Positions 8,780 to 23,097 of a stretch of 64,000 nucleotides of DNA are shown in pieces. The DNA comes from Bigelowiella natans CCMP2755. Its lineage: Eukaryota; Protista; Cercozoa. The notes below the pieces were generated by a model. It was not told the origin of the DNA. It did not search any database and saw only the letters and a program-made list of their open reading frames with translations. Each line of letters opens with the position of its first letter. Within the stretch, counting starts at the first letter, position 1. The DNA lies in NCBI GenBank assembly GCA_000320545.1, contig ADNK01003179.1, forward strand, positions 1 through 64,000, given 5' to 3'. Both the position numbers and the translations under genes were made by a program.

Positions 8780-11700
8780 TTAACGACGTCGACGGCGATC
8801 ATCCTCTTCTTCCTCATCAGAAATCTCTCCGTATTCCCAACATCCCATGCGGTTTTTCACACCTTCCTCCTGATATTTCCGGAACTGATTCAGGAGGTAT
8901 TTCATGCTGTAATCTGGTTTCCTTTGGAGTCGGCAAAGCCCATCCTTGAGAAGCTCACCCTGCACAGGAGTGCTCTGGTCGTCTCCCTTGATGCTAACAT
9001 GATAGCCTGATTTATCTTGCATCAAGACTTCCGCGTCCCATTCCTTTTGGAAGATAAGATTGCCAAGTCTGGTGTAGCCTTCGTCTTCCCATCCGCTTCC
9101 CTCAGGAGGCATCTGCACTGCAGCCAACACGTATTTCTTCGAGAGCCGAGGAATTTTCATGAGATCTTCACTCAAAGGCATTAGAGACTTAAGGTCGATT
9201 CCATGCTCCTTGTTGCCGTAGTCAATGTACTCTACGTCACAGGTACCCATGTCATCATCGGTTTCTTCAACGCAAACTCTGTACCAAGCCCCGTCAAATT
9301 TACAAGCTGCAATGTCACCAAACTCAGGATTGAAATCATCGGGTCGGGTTGTTCCCTCTATTGCTGATAGACCTTTGCGGACAGTTTCAATGTTTTTATC
9401 ACCAACAGACTGCGCAAAAAATGACACCGTATTTACGATCTCAGTTACAGAAATCTTCTGATTCTTCTCCTTCGCCTCTTTCTTGCGCTGTGCATCCCGT
9501 TTGGCTTTTCGATTTTTCTCTTCCTCATCGAAGCCTTCCCAGACTCTCAGACGCCTAGATTTGGCTGGTTCCTGTGCGCTCATGAGCTGATCCAAGTAGC
9601 CTCCTGCCTCAGCAGCTCGTTTAAATACCTTTCCAAGACCTTGCTCTAAGAGTGCACACGCAATGGATCTTTTTGGCTTTTCTGTCCAAATGTAGGCAGA
9701 GAAGGTGCCTTGTCTGTCTACGACACGGGTATCGTCTTTTGGTATCTCGATAATCACGTTCTTTTGTAGACACAAGCTTCTAGCAAGGGCATGTGCATCC
9801 GCACCATACTTTGTGGTGTTCTTTGCTGACCATCTTGGCACCTCTACTCCAGCGAGCTGGACATTCATCATAAGCTTTTTGGATTCGATGTAAACCTTGA
9901 ACTTGCTGCCAGAGAACACATATTCGACATGTCCCCTCAGATGAGCACCAGCAAGATGCGGGAGCATAGCTTCTGCACGCTCCTTCTCACGTGAATCTGC
10001 AGCTTTATCTCCTCCTCGTTGGCTCGGTCTGTTTGTGAGATCTGTGTACTTATGGCAGACAGGATTTTTTGCCCAGATTCCCTTACCAAGCTTCTTAGCC
10101 TGGTATTCTGCTTCTACAAGCTTGACGTAGTTGGAAGACCGAGAGCTGACGAGGCTGTGCTGTACAACCTCTGCGTAACCTAGCTGTACGAGCTGCAGCT
10201 GAATATTGGAGCGTCCAGCACCGATGGAAACGAAATCTTGCGTGCCACCTTTTTTGTCCTGTCTTTTGTATTCAAAGCGAATGTCCATCTTCTGCCCAAC
10301 AACTTTCTTACGCAGCCACTCCTTGGCTTCAAAAGCCAGAGGTTCGCTCTCCTTCTTGTCACGTCCACGAGCTAGGCGCTTTGTGCGAATGTCGGCTAGA
10401 TTTAGCCGGGTCTCTTTCGAGTTGGCATCAATTACTGCAAAGCTATCTCCACTGAATACCATCATGACCTTCATGGGCATCATCTTCTTCTCCACAGAAA
10501 TGTTTGTTTCTTTCGAACCCTTACCCCAACGGCCAACAGCTGCTTCTCTGGCCTTGGTCTCAGTAGCTCTGTACTTGGCAGTAAGCTTGGGTGGAAGCAT
10601 TTCTCCAGTCCACGGTAGGTACTTTCCAAGCCCCTTCTTCAACAGAAACTCGGCTACATCACGGTCAGGATAAGCAGGAAACGTAAGACTTCCATACAGG
10701 TTCCCATTCTTGTCGATTCCAAGGACAATCATGTGCATGTCGCGGTGAAGAAGTAGGTTTGCAACGTTGAATTGTGCTAACCGAGCATATGCACTAACTG
10801 CCGAACTTTTTTGTTCATTCCCTCCCTTTTTTCCCTTGCCACCTCCCCTTCCCTTTACAGGAGCAGTACGGTCACATAAAACACCGCAGAGCGTGAGATT
10901 GACCACGGTGTGCTTCAAGTCTCCGGATACAATTTCGACGCTCACTGTTGAGCCACTTCGGACGTAGTCAATGATGACTGGAACGGATTTTCCCTTGGTC
11001 TTAGCGTATAGCTGGAAAGTGTCGGGAGAGTAATTGACTGTACGCTTCCTGTCCTCTTCATTGACGCCCTTTTCGTGCATTCCACGTCCTGCCTTCTCTG
11101 CCTCCTTCTGTGAATCGTAAAGAAGCTGCCGGTCCCTGATATGGAAATAGAAGAAGAGAATTGTTCTAAGGTGTCTGCACATTAGATACGATACGATACG
11201 ATACGATACAATAAATAGTAGTGGAGAAAATGAAGAAATGATGACAGTATTTCATACCCGTGCATTTTGGCATCTTTGTTCGTGGCGCCCTTTACGAAAG
11301 CCCATCCAGCAGCTACGACGAGGGATTTTACGCTTTGTGTCTCGTCGTTATTAAGGAACAGATCACCGTAGGATGATTTCGACCCGCTCTTCCCACTAAC
11401 CTCTCTTACATTGAACAAGACTGTCTTTCCGATGATCAGTTTACGCAAGAATTCACGCGAGTGCCACGCAAATGGCTGAAAAAAAGAGACTGTAATTACA
11501 TCTTGTGTACATTTGTCCTTTAGAATCCCTTTATAATTTAAAAATGTTTTATAATGTCGTAATATTTGATGCCCATATCCTACGGGTTTTTTTTCCAAAT
11601 GGAAGTTTTCTTATCCTATCGATGATGTAGGTGGTAATCAAATGTTCTATTTTTTGGTTCCATTTTTCGCATCATCATCTTTCAAAGAATAACTTGAGAT

Positions 11701-11951
11701 TATAAATCAGTTCATCCGATAAATAATAATACCTGGTCGGGGTCCTTGTCTCTCGAGGATCGCTGAATCCTTGGAGCTTCAATTCCAGAGAGGAAGACTG
11801 TCCTTTCAGGGTATGAACCATCTGGAGAAGGATTTACACCACGGAGGACAACACATGTCCCACTGAGGACCGCCTTTACCCTTCCTTGTCCCCTGAACTC
11901 CTTTTGAACAGACTTGCCCTGACTTACTTCCGGCGCGTCTTTGCTGGTCAT
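8780..11951 (-). CDS. SND1: Tudor-SN (staphylococcal nuclease and Tudor domain protein); 3 exons
   Basis: Repeated SNase domains (VKAVLSGT, PFAWHSREFLRK, EPLAFEAKEWLRKKVVG, VEYVFSGSKFK), Tudor (DGAWYRVCV...YIDYGNKE) and C-terminal WEYGE. Exons ~11951-11733, 11476-11259 and 11135-8780. Confidence 0.95.
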
Positions 11952-13738
11952 CTTGTGCGAGATTTTTATGTACCAAACTCGAAAGTCCCCTGAGGAAAGA
12001 AAGGCACGGTAATCTTGGTTAGATAAATAATTACGAGAATTAATGATCAACTGGGAAAATGATGATCAACTGGAATGTAGTGACGATTCGTGATCTCTAA
12101 AACGACATCAAATTCTAATTTCATTATGTTCGTGCATCCGAGATCGTTTCTTTGCATACAAGAGGCACATACAGGTAATATTAGCGAATTATCTCTTCTC
12201 AAAATCCTTCGTTTATCATATGTTTTGAGATATTATTGCCCATAATTGGGCAGTTACTCGAAATTTTGAACTTAGTCAAGCAAAGAATACGTCTCCTAGC
12301 AATGAGACGGTGCGTTTAAAGCTTGATCTCCACCCCTTAATTTTTCCTCCCCCTGCCCCCCCAGGTCAGCAGGAGCCGAAAAAAGGTACAATGTAGATCA
12401 ATCGTAATCTATATCAGGATTTCGGTCTTTTTCATGGACAAAATTATGTCCGAAAGATTCGATGACCGAGGGGGGGGGGTGCGGTACCTGCACGTGACGG
12501 TGCTGAGTCGGATTTTAGCTGCAGTGCGGGAAAATTATAAAGTGCTTCTCCAAATTTAAGTCGCAGGTAATAAATATAGGATATTTAATTGACAATATGT
12601 AATCCGCACTCAATGAGTCGAAAGAAACATAAAGACCGCAACGTATACGATTTAGTACCAGGATAAATAGGGTTAGTGTGAGACAAGAAAGATCCAAATT
12701 CTGCTTCGGTGACATAGAGACATGCAAGATTCATCTCAGACAGAATTCAGTCTTCTTAGACCGATATGATTCCAACTTTGTCTCTCATATAGCATTTTAT
12801 TTGCGATATTATATGTAAATAATGATGTATTTCATGAAAAAGGATCGGCATTAGCAGAACCATTGGATACCTTTTAAGGTTGATAACCTCATAACAGTAA
12901 ATGAGATTTTGTTTTCCTTGGAACACACATCTTGAATTTTATTTTCATCACATAAAATATGAAATTTTATTCATTCTGAGATACCACTGTCGGCGATAAT
13001 GATGATGGTAATGTTTAGTCTGATGTTCACAAAATCTTAAGCCCACACGAGTGCCCGCACACTGCTTGGGGTTTCCGAGTAATTCCGGGAATTAATTTTC
13101 TGTGAGATAAAGGGCGATGATTTAGGTTGAAAATAGGCACCTTGAGCTTAACACAGAATCAACATCTAAATGTGATTGAATTTGATAAATTCCCGATAAC
13201 ATAATGCTTTATTGCATTTTTTTAATTGTCTTAACTGGATAATCGCCATTTTCAATAAACCGAAAAATATTGGCATGTGCCTGAAATCTCGATCACAAAA
13301 CATCGATTTTGTGCTATACCTACGGAACAATTCCAAGCAGTGAAATGTCACCTTTTTTTAATATGTCGCAGGAAAATATCCCGCAACCTTTTTATCAGCA
13401 ACGATGCGAAGTTCAATGTTCATGTTGTTCATTCACCACAGCCTCCTTGCGAACTTCGAACAAAATTTACCTAAAAACATCGGATACCTCAAAGAATCTG
13501 CTGTGTGACGAACGACTGAACAATTCGATGGACCAGATGTAAAAGTCACCAACTGGGTTATTTATCTTCGAAGTTTTCCGTGGTGATGATAGGTGTTACC
13601 ATTTCTCGATTGTTCGACTCTTGAAAAGGACTGCTACTACTTACTTACTGCTCGACTGTTGAAAAGGAGGAGGAGGAGGAGGACGACGACATTCATTGCA
13701 ACTCCCTCCTCGGAACCGCATTTTCCGTTCCTCCGAAA

Positions 13739-14723
13739 ATGGGGGCTTCGCTTAATTCTTCATCGACACCTCCCACTTGGAGAAAGATGTTATTTTCGGA
13801 AGAAGATTCCGACGTACACATTGTCTGCATGGACAGTGAAGAGAAGGAGCCGGAGACGATTTACGCACACCGATGCGTTCTCAGTGCTGGGAATCCTTTC
13901 TTTCATCAGAAACTTCGTCGTCTTCCAAGGAACAAGCCTGTCGAATGGAGATTTTGCGAATCAGCAGGTTGATTCTTGTATCTTCACCGATTCTTTGAAT
14001 GGAAAAGAATTAAATTTTCTTTGCAGGTATCATGAGAGGAGTATTGCGCTACGTTTATCTAGGTAAATTGGCACAGAATCGAACGTTTCATCCTCCGTAT
14101 TCATTCAAATCTCATGATTAGGTGATCCTAGATTTTTGGAGAACTATAAACCATCTTGGCAGGTTTTCAGAGCAACTTGCAAATTCGAATTGGAAGGCCT
14201 CCAAGAGCAAGCTGAGAGGCTCGCTGCATCTGCAGTGACTCTTGAAACTCTGAAGGCATCTGTCCTGGTTTTAGATAATTATCCTGGAAAAGGATATCTT
14301 CGCGAAGCATGTGCGAATTTTATTCGCCGCCACTCTCTCCCCGTTTTATTATCACACGCCAATTCGGATAATTCTGTTCTGAAAGTAGCAGATACCCACC
14401 CAGAGTTGTGGAAGAATCTTGTCTTAACAGCAATGGGAAAAGTTTTGCCTGAACAAAAGGCGGATCGACGGCGACGGCGACCTCGAGAGCAAAACGATGT
14501 GCCTGATGTTGTCGAAGAACAACGGGAAGATGTCTCTGACATCCTGCATGGGGATGCGAAAAGTAACCAAGTACAGCAGAATAATCAGCATCCGGCCAAG
14601 AGATCTAGAATAGAGTCAAAAGAAACGGTACTTGAGTCCTCGTCAGATGTTGACGTTGATAATGATGAAAACCAGGAGCCTGATCATTCGGAGAAAGATG
14701 AGAATCAGCAACCCGAGTCCTAA
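13739..14723 (+). CDS. BTB/POZ domain protein with acidic low-complexity tail; 3 exons
   Basis: SDVHIV...IYAHRCVLSAGNPFF...GIMRGVLRYVYLG...ATCKFELEGLQEQAE...LREACANFI; two ~60-nt GT-AG introns. Confidence 0.88.
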
Positions 14724-14779
14724 TATATTCTTTTCTCAGATCTGGTCGGCAGCAGCTTTATATTTTTAGATTCCCTGTA

Positions 14780-15740
14780 TCTCAGCTTCTAACATGCACA
14801 TCAAAGAGAAGCACATCATTCATCATCATCATCCACTTGTTACTAATTTGAGCTTTGCATAACGTGCCGTATATCACATCATTTTGCACGTTTTGTGAAT
14901 CTACATGCTATGCGTTACCGTTGCAGAATTTCGTCGTCGCGTAAAGCATCTCACATGGGCAACATGATATAAACTTTGCATGTGTAGCACATATAAACAC
15001 ATAATAAATATGCGTATACATGTGTACATATGCATACATTTACACTTATTTTCTATCATATATGAGATAGATGTAGCGAAAATAATTACATTTTTCCAAC
15101 GCTACATAGTCATCCTAATTTGAGACGGATGCAATGATTATAATATATGATTGCATCTTTTCACATATATAGAGTCATCCTAATATGCATGTTGCTATAT
15201 TGCTACACATACATACAAGCTAGGCAGCGTCTACAGCGTCAATATGTTGCATTCGTTTGTTTCTGCATATGCTTCTATATATCTGTGCTTAAGTTCATGC
15301 ATGCAAAAGCATCCATGTTTTTGCGATTGTGTCTTCACGTTTGCAAATCTGGCTATACATGGCCTTTGCGTTTACGTACGTAATGTTAGTGTAATTAAGC
15401 TAGATCGATGGCGGCACAACTGTGTGTGTCACATGAAATCATGATTCTGCACCAATGCGATCATCCACGTGCAAGTGGCGTAGCGTACAAACTACATGCT
15501 ACGTCGCAAATTTGCGTGTACGTGCGTGCACGCAGACGCACATAATGCGCCATCTAGCCATGTACATTGTTCACACCATGTGGGGTTGAAAGTGATAAGG
15601 AACACATGGAAGATTTGCAATTCTTTCCTTCATCTATCTGGATGTGTCTTAAACGTCGATTTTGCTACAGTTTTGTCACAGTGCACAAACAAGTCACTTG
15701 CCCACACACGTGTTCCTCGCATCGTGTACCCATATGCTAG
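14780..15740. other. Tail-to-tail intergenic tract with alternating purine-pyrimidine signature
   Basis: Dense CATG/TGCA/TACA/ACGT words between the 3' ends of the BTB gene and the lumen-peptide gene. Confidence 0.65.
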
Positions 15741-15791
15741 CACATGTGTTGCCCTCCTACATTCGATCTCATTTTGTGGGATCAAGGATGT

Positions 15792-16392
15792 TTACTTAGG
15801 AATGTATACTCCGCCTGGCTTTGTCTGCATGCGTCCTCTCATTCTAGGTCCAGGTTGGTTTACAGTATCGTTGTATACCATGCTGTATGTAAGTGCGCAC
15901 ACTTCAGGTTTGGCATCGTTGATGAAGTTGACAAAAAATATGCACATGTTCAAAAATTCATCTTCTCACCTTCCGATGTCCGAAAATCCGTCTGCTGCTT
16001 GCGCAGCCTTAGCGAGGGAAAGCGCTGCAGCAAGTCCTCCGAGCTGCATCATTTTCCTTCGTGGAACAATGTTCTGCAGGAAGACATCGGAATTCAGGGT
16101 TCATTGATCAAATTGTCAACTCATCTGGAAACAACCTTCTTAGAAGCTGAGGGACGCAGAAGCTGACGAGAAGTCCCAACAATTTGCACTCGTGGTCGCA
16201 TGCATGGAACAGCTTGTAGCGCCTGCTCTGGTGCAGATGTTGGTTGCAATACGAACATGACGAACAGCATGGCAGCGACGCATGCGAGGGTTACTTGAGC
16301 GTAATGAAGCCTAAGTCGGTCGTAGGGGAAACAGGATGGTGTGAATTTTTTAAGTCGAGTTGCAGAGAAACCGTGATATACCACCTGGACAT
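15792..16392 (-). CDS. 125-aa precursor of a small putative thylakoid-lumen protein (signal peptide + transit peptide + twin-arginine signal); 4 exons
   Basis: Exons 16392-16385, 16310-16136, 16073-15970 and 15882-15792 join in frame (378 nt): MSRLHYAQVTLACVAAMLFVMFVLQP...LLRPSASKKNIVPRRKMMQLGGLAAALSLAKAAQAADGFSDIGSMVYNDTVNQPGPRMRGRMQTKPGGVYIPK*. Confidence 0.75.
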
Positions 16393-16896
16393 GTTTGGCG
16401 GAGCGTTCAACACAGATCTACGGGATGTAACAAGTAGCGTAGAGATGAAGCGGTGGATGAACGAGGACACTTCAGACAAAATTGCTATCTGCGCTCACAT
16501 GCAGATCGAAAAAATGGTACCAATGTCCACTATCACGATTATGCGACATCCAAAAACTTGGAGCAGGTCCATTTTCCGGAGGATGTTTTACGACGTACCA
16601 CTCAGCATTTAAGTTTATTGGTTTGAAACTCATTTGAAAATGTAAATCCGCTTCTAAAACAGAAACAATGCGAAAACGCAGCCAAATCGAAGGCGTTTCG
16701 ACGTATCGTCCATTAATTTTGTGAATAAAATTTCAGCCACATCTAAGGAGCAATTTGAACCACAAATGAAACGGACCGACGACGGGAAAACGGGTCAATT
16801 CCTTCAAAATATGTAGCCGCCGAAACATACTAGTTTTTCGTGGGAAATTGGAGGTTAAAGCATGTCAGAGGGCATGAATCCCCCACATTTAGGATT

Positions 16897-17038
16897 TCCT
16901 GATTTCCTGGATTTCCTGGGCAGGACCAAATGTGAGAATTGCAGAAATGTGAGAATCAAGTTAAATCCTGATTTCCTGGATTTCCTGGGCAGGACCAAAT
17001 GTGAGAATTGCAGAAATGTGAGAATCAAGTTAAATCCT
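16897..17038. repeat. Exact 69-nt tandem duplication in a divergent intergenic region
   Basis: TCCTGATTTCCTGGATTTCCTGGGCAGGACC...CAAGTTAAA at 16897 and 16966. Confidence 0.95.
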
Positions 17039-17708
17039 AGGAAATGCCCTGCATTCACGTGCATGATTGGGGTTAGAATTGGGTGTTTTCGGAAGTAGGA
17101 TTTCCCTTGGCTCTGGTACTCGTAGATCCACGAGCCTCCGAGTAGGATTTTGCATCAGCATGTTGCCGCATAGCAAAGAGACATTAACCTCCATCTTAGA
17201 CTAGCGACATGAAAATATCAAGTTCACCTGTAAAGGGAGTCGTCTCGATGAAATTTCCCAATGTCCGATTTTTTCATTTTGTGTGTGCTTTGTTTGGATC
17301 GGGAGACTATGAATGCTCCGACGTTATGAGAAAATGAAGAACTTTCTGGCTGGAAAATATTGAAATAATTACTAAACGACTTCTGAAAACATCTGTCACA
17401 GGGAGAAAATCCCCGTAATAATCAATAATGTTTTCATTTCCCGTAGTTCGCCTGAATCTCGTCGGCCCCTACGACCAAGCCACTGAGTAATATAGCAGTA
17501 GAATCTCCAGGTACGGCGAGGTATCTCCTGTTACTATAAATGCATGTATCAAAATAAGGCGATTAGACACTAGATTCAGTGTGAGGAAAAAGTTATCATG
17601 GAAACCAGGTATCAACCCTTCTTGCATCATCATCATCATCATCATCATCATGATAGGAAAAGGCATTCATCATCGTCGCTTGGGTTCCGGACGACGACCT
17701 GAACCAAG

Positions 17709-19208
17709 ATGGGGTTCTGCCAGCAGTTCAACGCCTTAATGGTTATTACATGAGACACATGTATCATTTGTTGTGTTTTGGTGTTGAAATCCACTGCAGC
17801 TATATTTAATATGGATGGATGTTGTTATACCTTGCATTCACACCAAATAGTGGCGCCGCCTTAATAAACTCTCTTTCTCAGGTGAAGAATTTTACGCTGA
17901 AGAAGAGAAAATATATGACAAGTATATTCGAGATTGTGCTTCCAGGTATATAATCTACCCAAAATGTAGCATAGTCTTGTTTCTTACATATTTTATGATG
18001 TGTTCCTTTTCCACCTATTACACAGTTTTCAGTCTCATTGTTTTAGTGGGTATTCGTCAAGCGGTTAACATTAAAAATAATGACCCTGACCTTCAACTCG
18101 GCAGTAGGTATACATCAATGAGCACATACACGCACGCCGCACACACACACACACACACACATTGTATTCACCCCATCCTTGCTGAAGCGGAGATGAAGCC
18201 ATTCTCTTATTATTCGTTTCTGATGATAATCAGACGATACCTTGCTGCGACACTTGGTCCATCTTCCTTCACTGAATAGTAAGTTAGAAAATCTTAGTTG
18301 GCGTAAGATCTTCCACAGAAACACTATAATACGCAACGAACTGTGTAATTTGTGAATTTGCTCTTCAATTCCCCTCTTCCTTCAATATCCCTGCATAGTG
18401 ATTTCGACAACTCTCAACAACAAGACAACATTGTCTTTGCAAACACAATCCGTGGACTTATATACAAGGTAGGATGAAGCCACGAAGAAGCCGCCCTACT
18501 GCGAGAATCATCTCTTTCTTAGAGATACACATGAAATCATTTCTCCCACCATACGTCTGTCTTAGGTGATTCGACGCGGCCATGTACTTGCAATCTCTCC
18601 CAATGCATATCCTTTCTGTGATCCAAACGAAGACTCAACGGGGGATTCATTCTCGGCGTTTCTCGCACGGTGCATCTACTATCTATCACACCTATATCAA
18701 CAATAAATACAGCAGCAGGTCACCGTCGTCTTATTTGTTTGTAGTGTTGTGAAGAAGGTCACGTTGGCTTATGGGTTGTGGATCTTGATTCAATTCTATC
18801 GTACATTCTGTTGATTCACCACTTTCTAGATATATTCAAGATACGGCTGCTAGAAATAATCTCACCATCCGAGAGGTAACAAGGATAATACTTTGATAAA
18901 TATATTTATATGTTTATATTTATATGTAGAAATGTGTGTGCCTGTTTGTACTTGTAATCTTCATTAATCCATGAGGGTGATCGTTATCGTAGTGACTACC
19001 ATGATGATGATGAGTTTGAATCAACAGCCGGGTGCAGGATCTTGTTCTGGGTCGTGGTACTTGCGGGGTTTCTCCGGGTCCAGTGATATGGATGCATATG
19101 CGACAAGCAGTAACTACCCGGAATCGGGATACTTAGAGGTGATACGCACACATGTATATGTATATGTATATGATGCACATATAAATCATCGGAATACTTA
19201 GAGGTGAG

Positions 19209-19278
<70 letters not shown>

Positions 19279-20336
19279 TGTACATGTACATACATACATA
19301 CATGTGTATATACAGGCTGGCGTAAACTTTGATGGTTTTGACCCCCAGACAGGAATGAAGTACGTTGTTACCGTCGTGATCATCTCTCCTTAGTCACCAC
19401 GTTAACACTCTGAGAAGCATGCACACACGTTCATCCACTAGGAGGCTGCTTAAACTATTTCTTCTTCGTTGTGTTTCCTTGCTTACTACCAGGTACACAA
19501 TCCGGATGAACAAGACGGGGGGGGCAGATTTCAGCTTCCCAAAACAAATTCCTAACAGCTTCGAGTCGCAGACAGATGATCTTTCCACGGGATTTGATGA
19601 CCACTACTGGAACATGCTGCTCAATTGGGGGTGAGTGAGTGAGTGAGTGAGTGAGTAGTACTACGCAGTGCATGTACTTACTACTTTGGAAGGGCAGCAG
19701 CCTACTGATGAATCTACATGAGAGAACTATGTGCATCTCTGTCATTTTGAATGGTTATTGACGATAACATGAATAGATGTAGGAAAATTGCCAAAATGCT
19801 GCATTTAGACAGTGTAGGAATCATCTTTCAGTAACGTTCAAAATAAGGGAAAGCACTTCTTCATCAACATCAAAATTTATGTATTTTGTCTTTTCTACGT
19901 AGCTTTGTCCCCTGGCAGAACTTCATCGAATCATGGGCAATTGGCCGGGTAACTGATTAGAGCTCTGTTGTTTAAACTAGACCTAAGACGTGTGATCCTC
20001 CTCCTCCTCCTCCTCCTCCTCCATAGAGTAATCTAATTATCACACAAATACTACTAATTGATAGGTAACAGGAAATCAGACTCAAGCACAGTTGGACAAC
20101 GCCGTCAACTTCATTCCTTTCCCAACCCCGCAGTAATAATAATAAGTGATTTGCTAGCATATTACTGCAACAACTAACAAACTAATCAACGAGCACCAGA
20201 ATAAGAGACTGTTTGAGCTGCACGACTGGAGAACCATCATCATCATCCCACTACTGTGCCCCCCACCCACCCATATTCACCTACTGCCTAACCCTAACCC
20301 TCCTTAACCCCCCCATCATCACCATCATCAATTATC

Positions 20337-20371
<35 letters not shown>

Positions 20372-20946
20372 GGTACCGTGAGGACGAATTTGATGGATAT
20401 GTGTCATCCCTGCTACCCATTTTATTCACGTTGACATTCATTTGGCCAGTCACACGTCTGGTGAAGCAATTCGTAGAGGAAAAAGAGCTCAGAATTAAGG
20501 AAGGCCTAAAGACGATGGGAATGAGTAATTCACAACAACAACAACAACACAACAAAGCACCACCACCAGATATACTAATTACTACTGCTACTACTACTAC
20601 TACTATCACCACACGTTTGAACGTTTCAAAGAAGTTAAAGTAGATAGCAGAAGTATCGATATTAACACATGTGTGCACGTCTTCTTCTTTGTCACTTCTT
20701 ACCGAAAACGAAATCAAATATTAGGCACATCCGCGCATTTTTTGTCCTGGTTCGTGACATATATCCTCGTCTTCCTGGTCATGTGCTTGCTCATCTTGCT
20801 CGTAACACACTTCGGCCGTGTGTACACGTACAGCAATCTCTTTATCATCTTCTTGTACTTCTACATCTTTTGCTTGTGCGTCTTCGCATTCTGCTGGCTC
20901 GTAGCTTCTTTCTTCTCTAAGGTTGTCAATGAAGTATAGATGATAT

Positions 20947-20983
<37 letters not shown>

Positions 20984-22138
20984 AATGATGAGCTGGCTTA
21001 CATGTATACCTATTCGTCGTGCATTTTTCCTCCCCGTCGTCCTCCTCCTCCTCCTCCTCCTACTACTACTATTCCTCTCGAGCTGATGAATTATAACTAA
21101 CCACGCTTGAACAAACAATACAACAACAACAACACAGGCAACTGTAGCTGCAACTGTATCATCAATACTGTTCCTTGGTGCCTTCCTGGGGTCCTTTGGC
21201 CTAAATGAGGAGACGACAGCGGGAGGTAAAGTTTTGGCTTGCCTTTCAGCCCCAATATGCTTCGGCCTGGGTGCACAACAGATCTCGCTCTTTGAAAGTG
21301 CGCAACAAGGGATCACGTTTCAAACCATAGGAACAATGGTAACTATTACTATGACAATGCTGATGATGATGCTGATGATGATGATGATGGTGATGATACT
21401 CGTACCCCGACCTTCTGCTGCTATAATTATAGTAGTACCAAACACAACATAGTATTTCCTGCTGCTGCTGGGAAGAGGAGCAAATAGTAGAGGAAATCAT
21501 ATTATGCTGTCCTTCTGTTCTTTCCCCCTCTCTCCTCCTCCCCTTCCTCTTCCTCTTCCTCATCACAATCTTCTTCTGATTTTTTCTTCTTCACCTTTCT
21601 CTTCCTCTAGGAAAATAATTTCACATTCGCAACTTGCCTTGGCATGCTTATCTTCGACTTCGTGCTATACATTGTCCTTGCTGTGTACGCGGAGAGGGTC
21701 CTTCCCTCTGAATGGGGTGTCTCTCTACCACCATGGTAATGATGATGATAATGATAATGATGATAACGATAATGATAATTGATATCAAACAAGAACAAGA
21801 GGAGTATTGTAGAGTAAGTGCTGTGTCTACGTTATTATAGAAGTTGTTATTTTGTAAAACTCTCTTTGTTTTGTACGAATCATGTGGTGGTATTGCCTAC
21901 CTTTTACCTGTGTGCTACTGACTGCTACTGCAAGGTTTTGCTGCCTTCCATCGTTTTGGTGTCCAAGACCGCCCTCAGAAGACGCTCAGCCACGAGAATT
22001 TGATGATCGATACGAAATCACTGAAAATATAGAAGCACAAGTTGGGGTAGGTTATTTTCACTACAAAAATAGTAGTAGTTAGTGGCGGTACAGTCACGTA
22101 ACAACGATGATAAAGATTAATAGTAACGAACGATCAGT

Positions 22139-22181
<43 letters not shown>

Positions 22182-22219
22182 TGAGGCCATTTTATACACA
22201 CACACAGACACACACATAC

Positions 22220-22294
<75 letters not shown>

Positions 22295-22720
22295 TATATA
22301 TTGTTGATATATGCTGAATTGAAGAAAACATGATAATTATAGGTGGCTGTGCGTAACTTGGAGAAGCGCTTTGGTACCCAGAGTGCTGAGGAGGCAGCAG
22401 TACGAGGAATCAATCTAGACATGTATCAAGGACAGATTTTCGCGCTTCTTGGCCACAACGGAGCCGGAAAGACAACCACAATCAACATGATAACAGGGAT
22501 GCTTCCCCCAACTTCTGGTGATGCGGTCATTGACGGCTACAACATCATCTTTGATATGCAGCAGATAAGACAAAACCTTGGTGTTTGTCCACAGCATAAT
22601 ATCCTATACGATCTCCTCACGGTATTATTAATTATAATTACTATACTATACTATACTTTCTATCACTACTACTACAACAACACAACATCCTGTGCGATCT
22701 CCTAAAAGGAAAAGGATAAT

Positions 22721-22753
<33 letters not shown>

Positions 22754-22782
22754 AAGAAAAGGGAGGAGGAGGAGGAGGAGGA

Positions 22783-22825
<43 letters not shown>

Positions 22826-23051
22826 TCTTTTCTGCCTATCTTCTCACAGCTTTCCTTGTTGTTCTTGGTAGGTGACAGAGCATCTTTACCTTTTTGCTCG
22901 TATGAAGGGGGTACCGAGGCAGGAAATTCCAGCTACAGTTCAAAGACTTATCGAGGAGGTGTTTCTTCGTCTTCTTCTTCTTCTTCTTCTTCTTCTTCTT
23001 CTATATCTATTCGTGGGGGCTAATGGTTGATAAGATTGTTGGTGGGGAGGA

Positions 23052-23097
<46 letters not shown>

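Noticed and set aside
12356-12479. MITE with C-run/GGTCA terminal inverted repeats
   Set aside because: The match is short, imperfect and mostly homopolymer; there is no target-site duplication or second copy in the window.
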